A stretch of DNA of 64,000 bases, from contig CAWKBC010000017.1 of NCBI GenBank assembly GCA_963847705.1, forward strand, positions 32,001 through 96,000, given 5' to 3'. The notes under the pieces are model-generated. The model saw only the letters and a program-made list of their open reading frames with translations, ran no database searches and was not told the DNA's origin. Source of the stretch: an uncultured Pseudomonadota bacterium. GTDB taxonomy: Bacteria; Myxococcota_A; Polyangia; Fen-1088. Shown here one piece after another: positions 55,295 through 64,000 of this stretch (the stretch's first letter is position 1; each line of letters begins with the position of its first letter). A program made the translations under genes and the position numbers.

Positions 55295-58200
55295 GGCGCG
55301 GCGCGCGCGCACCCGTGCGGAGGGCGACCGGCGCTGTCGAGCCGATGTTGCCGATGTTGCCGGGTTTGGCGATCTTGCCGGCGTTGGCGACCTTGGCCGG
55401 CCTGCTCACGATTTCAGGGTGCGCCACGTTGCCGCGGCGGCCGGCGCCCCTGCCCAATCCGTCGGTCGCCGGTTGGGATGCGCTGGCCGACGGCCGTCGC
55501 GCCGACGCCGCGCGGCTCTTCGCGGCCCGCCTGGCCGGGTCGCCCGGAGATCCCGTGGCGCTCCTGGGCCGCGCCACCATCGCCTACGAGCGGGGCGAGA
55601 GCCTGGCCGCGCTCGCCGACGATGTCGCGCTGTTGACCGCGCTCGCCGCCACGCCGGACGCAGCCTCCGCCCCCCTGGCCGAGGTGGCGGCGGGCCGGGT
55701 GCGCGATCTGTGGGATGAGCTCGCACCGGCCGACCGCACCCGGATCGCCTCGATGTTGCGCCCGGTCGAGCTGGCGCGCGCACCCGCGCTCCCCTGGTTG
55801 GCGCGCGTCGAGCTGGCCCGCCTCGGGGATGAGATCGCCCGCCAGGCCGACGACGCCGAGGCGCTCGCTCGGGCGGCGCGCAAGGACGGCTGCGCGCGGT
55901 TGGCGTTCGAGGTCGGATCGCTCGGCCCGTTCGCGCACCTCGACCTCGATCGCGGGGCGGTGGCCGCGGCGCGCGCGCCCGGGGCCTGGCGGGCGCTCAC
56001 CGCGTCGGGCTGTCACCTCGACATCCCCCTGTCGGCGGACGGGCGACCGGACGCGCGCCTCCTGCGTGCGGCCATCGAGGTGCCCGCAGGCGACTATGAG
56101 ATCGCCCTCGAATTTTCAGACGAGGCGCGACTGGAGATCGACGGCGTCGCGGTGTCCGCTCCTGGATCGGCGCGACGCTACAGCCCCCATCTCTCTGCGG
56201 CGCGCGTCTCGCTGGCGGCCGGGCGACACGAGCTGACCCTGCGGATCGCCACAGCTGCGGGCGAAACGCGGCTGGGACTGTTCGTGTTGCCGCTCGCTGG
56301 CGACGGGGGGGCCGAGGGGAATGGCGCCGGCCCGGTCGCCTTCGTCGATCCGCGCGTGGCGAGATCGCCGTCGGACAGGGCCGCGCCGGCGGTGCTCCGG
56401 CCGGAGCTGGCGGCGCCGCGGCCGGCCAGCGCGCCCGGGGACGAACGCGGAAGAGATGCGTTGCGCGACTACTGTGACGCCTTCGCCGCCGCCCGGCGCG
56501 GCGCGATCGACGACGTGGCGACGGGGCTCGAACGTCTGGCGGCGCGGCCTCGCTTCGCGGTCGGGCTGGCGCTGGCCGGGGAGATCGCACGCGACGATCC
56601 CACCCGCCCAGCGCCGTTCGCGCGCGATGCCGCTCGCCGCTGCCTGCACCAGGCCGTGGCCGTCGATCCCCAGCTCGGGCGCGCCTGGCAGACGCTGGCC
56701 GCGCTGGAGATGGACGACGATCGTTCGCGCGAAGCCATGGCCGACGCGCGCCGGGCGGGCAGCGCAGCCCCCGGCTGGTGGGCGCCCCAGCTCCTGCTGG
56801 CCCGACTGCTCGGGGCGCGCGGCCTCGACTTCGACGCCGCCGGCGCGCTGGCGCAGGCCGCCGCCAAGAGTCCCGGCGCGGCGACCCCTTGCCCCGTGCT
56901 CGAGGCGCAGCGACGCGAAGCGGAGGAGCGTCGGCAGCTGTCGCGCGAGGAGTCTTTGAGCGCCGCGCTGGTTCAGTGCGGGGGCGACATCGATGCCCGC
57001 GTCGACCGCCATCGCGCGCGCGGCCAGACCGCGGAGGCGATCGCGCTTCTGCGGCGCGCGCTCCGGCTCGATCCCGAGCGCGACGATCTGACCGGGGAGC
57101 TGGCGCTTCTTCTCTCGGAGGACGGACGCGCGGCGGAGGCCGTCGCCGAGCTGACCGCGCTGGTGGCGCGCGATCCCCAGGACCCCACCCGCCGGGTGCG
57201 GCTGGCGGATGCACAGGTGGCAGCCGGTCAGCTCGAGGCGGCGCGCCGCACCATCGCCGACGTGCTGGCCGTGCGGCCCGACGTGCCCGAGGTGCGCCGG
57301 TCGGCGCGCGCGCTGGGCCTCCCGCTGCCGCTCGACGGTTTCCGGGTCGACGGGCGCGCCGCCATTCGCAGGTTCGAGGCGGCGGGTGGGCAGTACGCCG
57401 CGCCGGCGGTGATGGTGCTCGATCGCGCGGTCACCCGCGTGTTCGGCAGCGGCGCCACCATGAGCCTCACCCACGAGATCGTGCGCGTCGACAGCAAGGA
57501 CGCCATCGATCGCTGGGGCGAGATCGAGGTCCCCGCGGGGGCCGAGATCTTGACCCTGCGCACCCACAAGTCCGACGGGACCACGCGCGAGCCTGAGGAG
57601 ATCGCCGGCAAGGAGAGCGTCTCCGCGGCAGATCTGGCGATCGGCGACTACGTGGAGTGGGAGCTGCTGGAGACGCACGGGCCGTCGGAGGCGTTCGCGC
57701 CGGGGTTTCTCGCCGAGCGCTTCTTCTTCCAGTCGTTCGACGCCCCGATCGCGCGCAGCGAGCTCGAGCTGGTGACCCCGGCCGGGCTCCCCCTGGCCTT
57801 CGATGCGCGGGCGGGGGCGCCCAAGCCGGAGAAGCGTCTGTCGGCGGACGGCGCGCAGCTCACCACCTTCGTGGCCACCAACGTTCCACAGCTCTTCGCC
57901 GAGAGCTCGGCCGTCCCGGCGATCGAATACGTCCCCTCCGTCCGCGCGTCGAGCGGGGTGGGCTGGGACGCCTGGGCCCGCTACCTGACCGAGGAGCTGC
58001 ACGACGCGATCCGCGTCTCGCCCGAGGTGGCCGCGCTGGCCAGGAGAATCGGGGCCCCGGCGGGCGGCGATCGCGCGCGCCTGGCCGCCGCCATCGTCGA
58101 CTGGGTCACGGAGAACATCGAGGCGACCGACGAGCTGGCGGAGCCCGCCGGCTACACGCTGGCGCGGGGCCGCGGCAGCCGGGTGACCCTGACGCTGGCC

Positions 58201-59202
58201 CTGGCCGCGGAGCTGGGCCTTCCGGCCGAGGTGGTGCTGGCCCGGTCGCGCCTGGTGGCCGACGCAGGGGCCGCGACGCCGCCGCAGGAGCTGGACGACT
58301 TCGCCGACACACTGGTGGCGTTCGACCTGGCGCCGAAGCCGGTCTACAGCGATCTCCGCCTGCGCCACGCGGCGTTCGGCTACGTCCCTCCCGGGCTCGA
58401 CGGCGCCCGCACGCTCAGCCTGCGCGACGGTTCTTTCGGCGTGGCCCGCAGCTCCGCCGGCGAGGATCGACGGACCATCGACATGACCATCCGCCTCGAC
58501 GAACGGGGCGGCGGATCGGCGGTGGCGACAGAGGAGCTGGCCGGGTGGCCGGCGCTCGAGTGGGCCGATCTGGTGGACAGGTTCGGCGCCGATCGCGTTC
58601 GCCTGCGCGAGGACTTCGAGCAGCGGTGGCTGGGGGTGCAGTTTCCGGGCGCGCGGCTGCGCGACCTGGAGGTCGATCTGCCGCGTGACGCCTCCGGCCG
58701 GGTCGGCACCGCGCGCGTGCGCTACTCGTTCGTCAGCGCGCACCTCGCGGTCGCGGTCTCCGGCGGCGGAGCAAGTGGCCCCGATCGCGGGGCGGGCTCC
58801 CGCGAGATGCGCATCGCGCCCACCTTCTTCCGCTCGCAGCCGGGGCGCCGGTTCGCCGCCGAGCCCCAGCGCTCGACGGCGTTGATGCTCGGCTTCGACG
58901 TCCCGATCCGGATGACCGCCACGGTGGAGCTGCCGGGCGCCGCGCGGCTCGACGCGCCCGGGACGCCGGGCGATCTGGTGGTCTCCCGCGCGGGCGGCTA
59001 TCGCTTCGTCGAGGCGCGCGACGTCGAGCCCGGGCGCCCCAACGTGATCGTGCTCCGCCGTGAATCCACATTGCCGATCATGCGCGTCGCCCCCGGCGAG
59101 TACGCTGGGGTGGCCGCCGATCTGCGGCGCGTCGACGGGGCCGAGCAGGCGGAGATCCGGATCCGGCTCGGCGCCGTCGGTCACGGGACCGGTGGGCATT
59201 GA
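55291..59202 (+). CDS. Lipoprotein paralogue: TPR + DUF3857 + degenerate transglutaminase-like domain
   Basis: GTG overlaps the upstream TGA; ISGC lipobox; LAIGDYVEW; RGRGSRVTL and FADTLV where the paralogue has Cys and His. Confidence 0.82.
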   Translation: MRRGARAPVRRATGAVEPMLPMLPGLAILPALATLAGLLTISGCATLPRRPAPLPNPSVAGWDALADGRRADAARLFAARLAGSPGDPVALLGRATIAYERGESLAALADDVALLTALAATPDAASAPLAEVAAGRVRDLWDELAPADRTRIASMLRPVELARAPALPWLARVELARLGDEIARQADDAEALARAARKDGCARLAFEVGSLGPFAHLDLDRGAVAAARAPGAWRALTASGCHLDIPLSADGRPDARLLRAAIEVPAGDYEIALEFSDEARLEIDGVAVSAPGSARRYSPHLSAARVSLAAGRHELTLRIATAAGETRLGLFVLPLAGDGGAEGNGAGPVAFVDPRVARSPSDRAAPAVLRPELAAPRPASAPGDERGRDALRDYCDAFAAARRGAIDDVATGLERLAARPRFAVGLALAGEIARDDPTRPAPFARDAARRCLHQAVAVDPQLGRAWQTLAALEMDDDRSREAMADARRAGSAAPGWWAPQLLLARLLGARGLDFDAAGALAQAAAKSPGAATPCPVLEAQRREAEERRQLSREESLSAALVQCGGDIDARVDRHRARGQTAEAIALLRRALRLDPERDDLTGELALLLSEDGRAAEAVAELTALVARDPQDPTRRVRLADAQVAAGQLEAARRTIADVLAVRPDVPEVRRSARALGLPLPLDGFRVDGRAAIRRFEAAGGQYAAPAVMVLDRAVTRVFGSGATMSLTHEIVRVDSKDAIDRWGEIEVPAGAEILTLRTHKSDGTTREPEEIAGKESVSAADLAIGDYVEWELLETHGPSEAFAPGFLAERFFFQSFDAPIARSELELVTPAGLPLAFDARAGAPKPEKRLSADGAQLTTFVATNVPQLFAESSAVPAIEYVPSVRASSGVGWDAWARYLTEELHDAIRVSPEVAALARRIGAPAGGDRARLAAAIVDWVTENIEATDELAEPAGYTLARGRGSRVTLTLALAAELGLPAEVVLARSRLVADAGAATPPQELDDFADTLVAFDLAPKPVYSDLRLRHAAFGYVPPGLDGARTLSLRDGSFGVARSSAGEDRRTIDMTIRLDERGGGSAVATEELAGWPALEWADLVDRFGADRVRLREDFEQRWLGVQFPGARLRDLEVDLPRDASGRVGTARVRYSFVSAHLAVAVSGGGASGPDRGAGSREMRIAPTFFRSQPGRRFAAEPQRSTALMLGFDVPIRMTATVELPGAARLDAPGTPGDLVVSRAGGYRFVEARDVEPGRPNVIVLRRESTLPIMRVAPGEYAGVAADLRRVDGAEQAEIRIRLGAVGHGTGGH

Positions 59203-60773
59203 GAGCGGCGTCGCGACTGGGGGGACTCACGCTCGTCTGCCTGCTCGGCGCCTGCAAGAGCACCCAGCCGCTGCCGGGCGGCCCCGCCGATCGGCTGGTG
59301 GTGGCCCGCTCGACCGACGCGGTCAGCCTGGATCCGGCGCGGACCAACGATCTCGAGTCGCTGGAGGTGGCCGAGCAGGTCTATGGACGGCTGGTCCGAT
59401 TCTCACCGGGGCGGCTCGAGCCAGAGCCCGATCTGGCCACCAGCTGGTCGGTCAGCGCCGACGGCACCGTCTGGACCTTCGAGCTGCGCCCCGACATGCA
59501 CTTTCAGGACGGGACCCCGGTCGACGCCGAGGCGGTGGTGTTCTCGTTCGAGCGGCAGATCGTCCCCGAGCATCCGCACCACGAGCCCGACTTCGTCTGG
59601 ACCCGCGCCTATCACAACATCCGGCGCGTGCGCGCCGACGGCCCGCTGCGGGTGCAGTTCGAGATCGATCGCCCCTACGCACCGTTCCTGGCCAACCTGG
59701 CGATGGGCCCGGCGGCGATCGTCTCGCCGACGGCGGTGAAGAAGTGGGGGCACGACTTCGGGCGCCACCCGGTCGGCTCGGGACCCTACCGCTTCGTCGA
59801 GTGGATCCCCGGCGACCGCATCACGCTCGAGCGCAACCCGACCTACTGGGATCAGCCGGCCCGCACGCGCTACCTGGTCCTCCTGGCGATGCCCGATTCC
59901 AAGCAGCGGCTGCAGGCGCTGGAGTCGGGCGCCGCCGACGTGATCCAGCAGCTGGCGCCCGATGATCTGCCGCTCGTGCGCCTGCATCCGGATCTGCGGC
60001 TGGCGATGGCGCCGGCGGCGCTGGTCTCCTACCTGGCGATGAACACACAGCGGCGGCCGCTCAACGATCCGCGCATTCGTCGGGCGATCGCCCACGCCAT
60101 CCGCACCGAGGCGCTGGTGAAGCTCATCTACCAGGGGCTCGGCATCCCGGCGATCGGCCCGCTGCCGCCCAACGTCTGGGGGGCGCGCTCCGACGTGGTG
60201 ACCTATCCGTACAATCCGGCCAAGGCGCGCGCTCTCCTGGCCGAGGCCGGCTGGCAGGGGGATCGGGAGGCGCCGCTCAAGCTGTTCGCCCCCTCGGCGC
60301 CCAGCCAGTTCATGCCGGCCCCGGCGCGGGTGGCCGACATCATCAAGCACTGTCTGGCCGAGGTGGGGATCAAGGTCGACGTCATCCTCAGCGATCCGGC
60401 CGACCACCAGCGGGCGCTCTGGGCCGGCGAGCACGATCTGGCGCTGCACGGCTGGTTCAACGACAACGGCGATCCGGACAGTTTTCTCTACACCCTGCTC
60501 GACTCGGACAACACCACCGGCACCCGGCCGTCGAACATCGCGTTCTACAGCAACGGGTGGTTTCACGACGTCATCGGCATGGCGCAACGAACGACCGATC
60601 GCACCGAGCGCGAGCGGCTCTACTCGCAGGCGCAGGCGATCCTGGCCATCGACGTCCCCTGGGTGCCGCTGGCGCACTCGAAGGTGGTGTTCGCCGAGCG
60701 GACCAACATCCGGGGCCTGGTGGTGCAGCCGTCGGCGATGGGTCTCTACCGCTTCGCGGAGCACGTGCAGTGA
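59199..60773 (+). CDS. ABC-type substrate-binding lipoprotein, family 5 (DppA-like)
   Basis: LGAC lipobox; SLDPA, EPDLATSWSVSADGTVWTFELR...FQDG, PVGSGPY, GWFNDNGDPD. Confidence 0.92.
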   Translation: MRAASRLGGLTLVCLLGACKSTQPLPGGPADRLVVARSTDAVSLDPARTNDLESLEVAEQVYGRLVRFSPGRLEPEPDLATSWSVSADGTVWTFELRPDMHFQDGTPVDAEAVVFSFERQIVPEHPHHEPDFVWTRAYHNIRRVRADGPLRVQFEIDRPYAPFLANLAMGPAAIVSPTAVKKWGHDFGRHPVGSGPYRFVEWIPGDRITLERNPTYWDQPARTRYLVLLAMPDSKQRLQALESGAADVIQQLAPDDLPLVRLHPDLRLAMAPAALVSYLAMNTQRRPLNDPRIRRAIAHAIRTEALVKLIYQGLGIPAIGPLPPNVWGARSDVVTYPYNPAKARALLAEAGWQGDREAPLKLFAPSAPSQFMPAPARVADIIKHCLAEVGIKVDVILSDPADHQRALWAGEHDLALHGWFNDNGDPDSFLYTLLDSDNTTGTRPSNIAFYSNGWFHDVIGMAQRTTDRTERERLYSQAQAILAIDVPWVPLAHSKVVFAERTNIRGLVVQPSAMGLYRFAEHVQ

Positions 60774-63748
60774 AGCCGGGACGGTCGTACTGGGGCGGCG
60801 GAAAGGGCTCGGCCAAGGCCTCCGGTCCGACACCGGCCGGCGATTCGCGCCGCTACAAATCCTCCAGCGGGAACCTTCGCGCCTCGGCGATGTACCGCCC
60901 GCCCGAGTGGCTGGGGCGCGGCAGCTCGAACTGGACGCTGCAGTCGGTGGCGCAGCCGCTGCACCGCCAGGGCCTGCGCCGACGCCTCCGCTCCGCCCTC
61001 ATCGTCGCGGCGCTCGCGCCGGTCATCGTCGTCTCGGTCGTCGCGGTGGCGCTCATCTTTTCCAGCGTCGAGCAGGGGATCAGGTTCGAGGCCGAGCGCG
61101 GGCTGCAGGTCGCGCGCGGCCTCTTCCTGGGGCAGGTGCAGGAGGTGGCGGCGGGGGCGGCGGCGCTGGGGGCCGACGCCGAGCTGCTGGCGGCCAGCGC
61201 CGCCTCCGACCGAAGCAGGATTCGCACCCGGCTGGGCGCGCTGTCGGCGGCGACGCCAGGGTCGCTGTTCGAGATCACCGACGCGAGCGGGCGGATCGTG
61301 GCCCGTTGCTCGCGCGGGGCTTGCGACGAGCTGCTCACCGGCGCGGGGCGCGCCGGGCTGGAGCCGGCCGCGCGCTCGCCGGTCATCCTGCGCGCGCTCG
61401 ACTACGAGCGGACCGTCTCCATCGAGAGCGCCCACGATCGCCTGGTGGTGCGCGCCGCGCTGCCGCTCACCGACCCGGCGCTGCGCCTCCTCGGCGCGGT
61501 GGTGGTGACGGTGCCGATCGACTGGACGGTGGTCGATCGCCTGAAGGCGGCGCTGGGCGCCGGGCGCGAGGTGGTGGTCTACGTCGGCCGCGATCCCAAC
61601 TCGTCGACGTTCATGGCGGCCACGGGCGCGCGGCTGGTCGGCCCCACGCTGCCGCACGGGTTTCGTGTCTCGGGGCCGGGGAGCGCCACCTCGGTCGCGC
61701 CGATGGAGGTCGACGGGCACGAGTACTCGGTGGCCTTCGGCCAGCTTCAGGACGTCAACGCCGTTTCGGTCGGTCTGCTCGGGGTGGCCGTCGATCGCGA
61801 ACCGCTGCTGCTGGGGTTCCGGCGCGCCATCGCCACGCTGGTCTCGGGCGTGCTGGCCACGCTGCTGCTGGCCATCGTCCTGTCGAACCTGCTGACGCGG
61901 CGGATGACCCGGCCGCTGCAGGATCTGCACGCCGGCGCGCTGGCCATCGCGCGCGGGGATCTCGACACCAGCATCTCGGTCGACACTCTCGACGAGATCG
62001 GCGATCTGGCCGAGGCGTTCCGGATCATGACCCGCAGCCTCAAGGAGAACCAGGAGGGGCTGGCGGCGCGCGTGCGCGAGCTGGTCACGGTTCACCAGGT
62101 CGGGCGCGCGGTCAGCACGGTCGTCGATCTCGGGCAGGTGCTCCGCTCCGTCGCCACCGAGGTGCTCAACGTCCTCGGCGGCAAGACCGCGGCCATCGCG
62201 CTGGCGATCGGTGCCGATCCACCGGAGTTCGTGGTGCGCGCGGTGGCGGGCGACGAGGTCGGCGGCCGGCTCGCCAGGTTGGCCGCCGCGGTCTCCGCGC
62301 TGGGGCGTCCGCGCCGCACGCCGGCCGTGGAGGCCGATCCGCAGCTGATGGAAGCCGCGCTCTCCGCCGGGCTGACCGGGCCGGTGATCGCGGCGCCGCT
62401 GACGCTCAAGGAACGTCTGGTCGGCGTGATCGTGATCGGGCGGCTCGGCGAATCACCGTTCGGCGAGGCCGACCTGCGCCTGCTGGTCACCTTCGCCGAT
62501 CAGACCGCCACCGCCATCGAGAACGCCCGTCTCTACACCGAGGTGCGCGCCTTCTCCGAGGTGCTGGAGGCGCGGGTGCGGGCCCGCACCGCCGAGCTCG
62601 AGAAGGCCAACACCGAGATCGAACGGACGCTGCACGAGCTCGGCGAGGCGCAAGGGCAGCTCATCCATTCAGAGAAGATGGCCGGCCTGGGGATGCTGGT
62701 GGCCGGCATCGCGCACGAGGTGAACTCTCCGGCCGCCGCCGTGCAGGGGCTGGTCGACGCGCTGGCCGAGACCGTCCGCCGGCTGGGCCACAGCGCGCAG
62801 GCCATCAGCGCGCTGGAGCTCCCGCCGCCCTCCATCAACCGCTTCTTCGAGCTCATGGACAGCCTCTTGCCCGAGATGATCGCGGCGCCGCTGATGACGT
62901 CGATCGAGGCGCGCCAGCAGGCGCGCCGGCTGCGCACCGTCTTCTCGGGCGTCGACGGTGCCGCGGAGGCGGCCGCCATGCTGGCCGAGGTGGGCACCAT
63001 CGGCGAGCGCGTCGCTCCCGAGCTGCGCGCGCTGGTCGGCGACAAGAGTCTGGCGCCGCTGGCCGGTTACCTGCGCGAGGTTGCCTTTTTGGCGCGCACC
63101 GCCGGCACGATCCGGACCGCCATCGGCTCCATCCGACGGATCGTCGGCGCGCTCAAGAGATACTCCCGATTGGACGAAGCACCTCTCGAGCGCGTCGATG
63201 TCCATGCGGGAATCGAGGACACCCTGGTGATCCTCTCGCATCAGTTGAAGTACGGAGAAAATGGCGTTAATGTGAGGAGATCATTTGGGTCGTTGCCAGC
63301 AATATCGGCATATGTAGGTGAGCTAAACCAGGTGTGGACGAACCTGATCCACAACGCGATACAGGCCATGGACGGGCGGGGCGAGATTCTCATTGAGACC
63401 AAGGCGGAGAACCGGGACGTGATCGTCGGGATCGAGGACACGGGTCCCGGGATTCCAGCGGACGTCGCGGAGCGGATCTTCGAGCCGTTCTTCACCACCA
63501 AGGCGAAGGGCGAGGGGACCGGTCTCGGTCTCAGCATCTGCGCGCGCATCGTCGAGAAGCACGGCGGCACGATCCGGGTCGACAGCAAGCCTGGGCGGAC
63601 GCGGTTCGAGGTCCGCCTGCCGGTCGAGGGGCCAGCCCCCGCGCCGGTGCCGGTGAAGGAGGCCGCGGTCGGCGCCTGGCCGTCGTGGTCGGATGATTCC
63701 AGGCAGTCAGATTCCAAGCAGTCAGATTCCAAGAAGGAGCGCGCGTGA
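60770..63748 (+). CDS. Sensor histidine kinase (Cache-like sensor, HAMP, GAF, HisKA, HATPase)
   Basis: Two TMs, DEIGDLAEAF, TAIENARLY, AHEVNSP, LNQVWTNLIHNA, FEPFFTTK, GTGLGL. Start at GTG 60770 or ATG 60890. Confidence 0.92.
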   Translation: MKPGRSYWGGGKGSAKASGPTPAGDSRRYKSSSGNLRASAMYRPPEWLGRGSSNWTLQSVAQPLHRQGLRRRLRSALIVAALAPVIVVSVVAVALIFSSVEQGIRFEAERGLQVARGLFLGQVQEVAAGAAALGADAELLAASAASDRSRIRTRLGALSAATPGSLFEITDASGRIVARCSRGACDELLTGAGRAGLEPAARSPVILRALDYERTVSIESAHDRLVVRAALPLTDPALRLLGAVVVTVPIDWTVVDRLKAALGAGREVVVYVGRDPNSSTFMAATGARLVGPTLPHGFRVSGPGSATSVAPMEVDGHEYSVAFGQLQDVNAVSVGLLGVAVDREPLLLGFRRAIATLVSGVLATLLLAIVLSNLLTRRMTRPLQDLHAGALAIARGDLDTSISVDTLDEIGDLAEAFRIMTRSLKENQEGLAARVRELVTVHQVGRAVSTVVDLGQVLRSVATEVLNVLGGKTAAIALAIGADPPEFVVRAVAGDEVGGRLARLAAAVSALGRPRRTPAVEADPQLMEAALSAGLTGPVIAAPLTLKERLVGVIVIGRLGESPFGEADLRLLVTFADQTATAIENARLYTEVRAFSEVLEARVRARTAELEKANTEIERTLHELGEAQGQLIHSEKMAGLGMLVAGIAHEVNSPAAAVQGLVDALAETVRRLGHSAQAISALELPPPSINRFFELMDSLLPEMIAAPLMTSIEARQQARRLRTVFSGVDGAAEAAAMLAEVGTIGERVAPELRALVGDKSLAPLAGYLREVAFLARTAGTIRTAIGSIRRIVGALKRYSRLDEAPLERVDVHAGIEDTLVILSHQLKYGENGVNVRRSFGSLPAISAYVGELNQVWTNLIHNAIQAMDGRGEILIETKAENRDVIVGIEDTGPGIPADVAERIFEPFFTTKAKGEGTGLGLSICARIVEKHGGTIRVDSKPGRTRFEVRLPVEGPAPAPVPVKEAAVGAWPSWSDDSRQSDSKQSDSKKERA

Positions 63749-64000
63749 CCCCGGCCGGCGTCTCGGCGCGCGAGCACATCGTCTGCGTCGACGACGAGGA
63801 GGGGATTCTGGCGGCGTTGCGCCAGCAGCTCTCCGCCCGCTTCGGCAACGAGTGCGACATCGCCGTCGCTAAGAACGCGCGCGAGGCGCTGGAGCTCATC
63901 GAAGATCTGCAGCAGGACGGCGAGCAGATCGCGGTGGTGATCGCCGATCAGATCATGCCGGGCATGAAGGGCGTCGAGCTGCTCGAGGAGGTCCACCGGC
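63745..64000 (+). CDS. Response regulator receiver protein, 3' truncated by window edge
   Basis: Not in the ORF track; AAGGAG RBS, GTG 63745, reads HIVCVDDEEGIL...VVIADQIMPGMKGVELL. Confidence 0.92.
   Translation, partial: MTPAGVSAREHIVCVDDEEGILAALRQQLSARFGNECDIAVAKNAREALELIEDLQQDGEQIAVVIADQIMPGMKGVELLEEVHR

Noticed and set aside
63693-63733. 15-bp repeats at the kinase 3' end, and 9-bp repeats at about 55340-55400
   Set aside because: Short in-frame slippage repeats in a disordered tail (DSKQS) and a signal-peptide region; no sign of function.

Overview
A very GC-rich bacterial chromosomal segment with about 55 CDS. Gene content (PEGA protein plus Ser/Thr kinase, AglRQS-like TolQ/TolR/TolR triplet, AgmX/GltG-like protein) points by inference to a myxobacterium (Myxococcota). 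Core genes are maf-yggS, yebC-ruvC-ruvA-ruvB, pgk-tpiA-secG-dapF, aspS-glpD and hppA. No rRNA, tRNA, CRISPR, transposase or phage genes were recognised. Six single-base indels break ruvA, aspS (three), a hydrolase and an M16 peptidase, and are most likely assembly errors. The best candidate for an undescribed system is the five-gene run at 51530-64000, chained by 4-nt stop/start overlaps: an exported TPR/DUF3857 transglutaminase-like enzyme with an intact Cys-His-Asp triad, a catalytically degenerate lipoprotein paralogue, an orphan DppA-like binding protein with an altered pocket, a HAMP/GAF histidine kinase and a response regulator. Also notable are a family of modular palindromic tandem repeats with compensatory base changes (81 bp x4, 72 bp x2.5, 37 bp x3), many apparently leaderless genes, and a small stand-alone gene with a sigma54-type promoter upstream of pgk. 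All assignments come from motifs read by eye; no searches were run.
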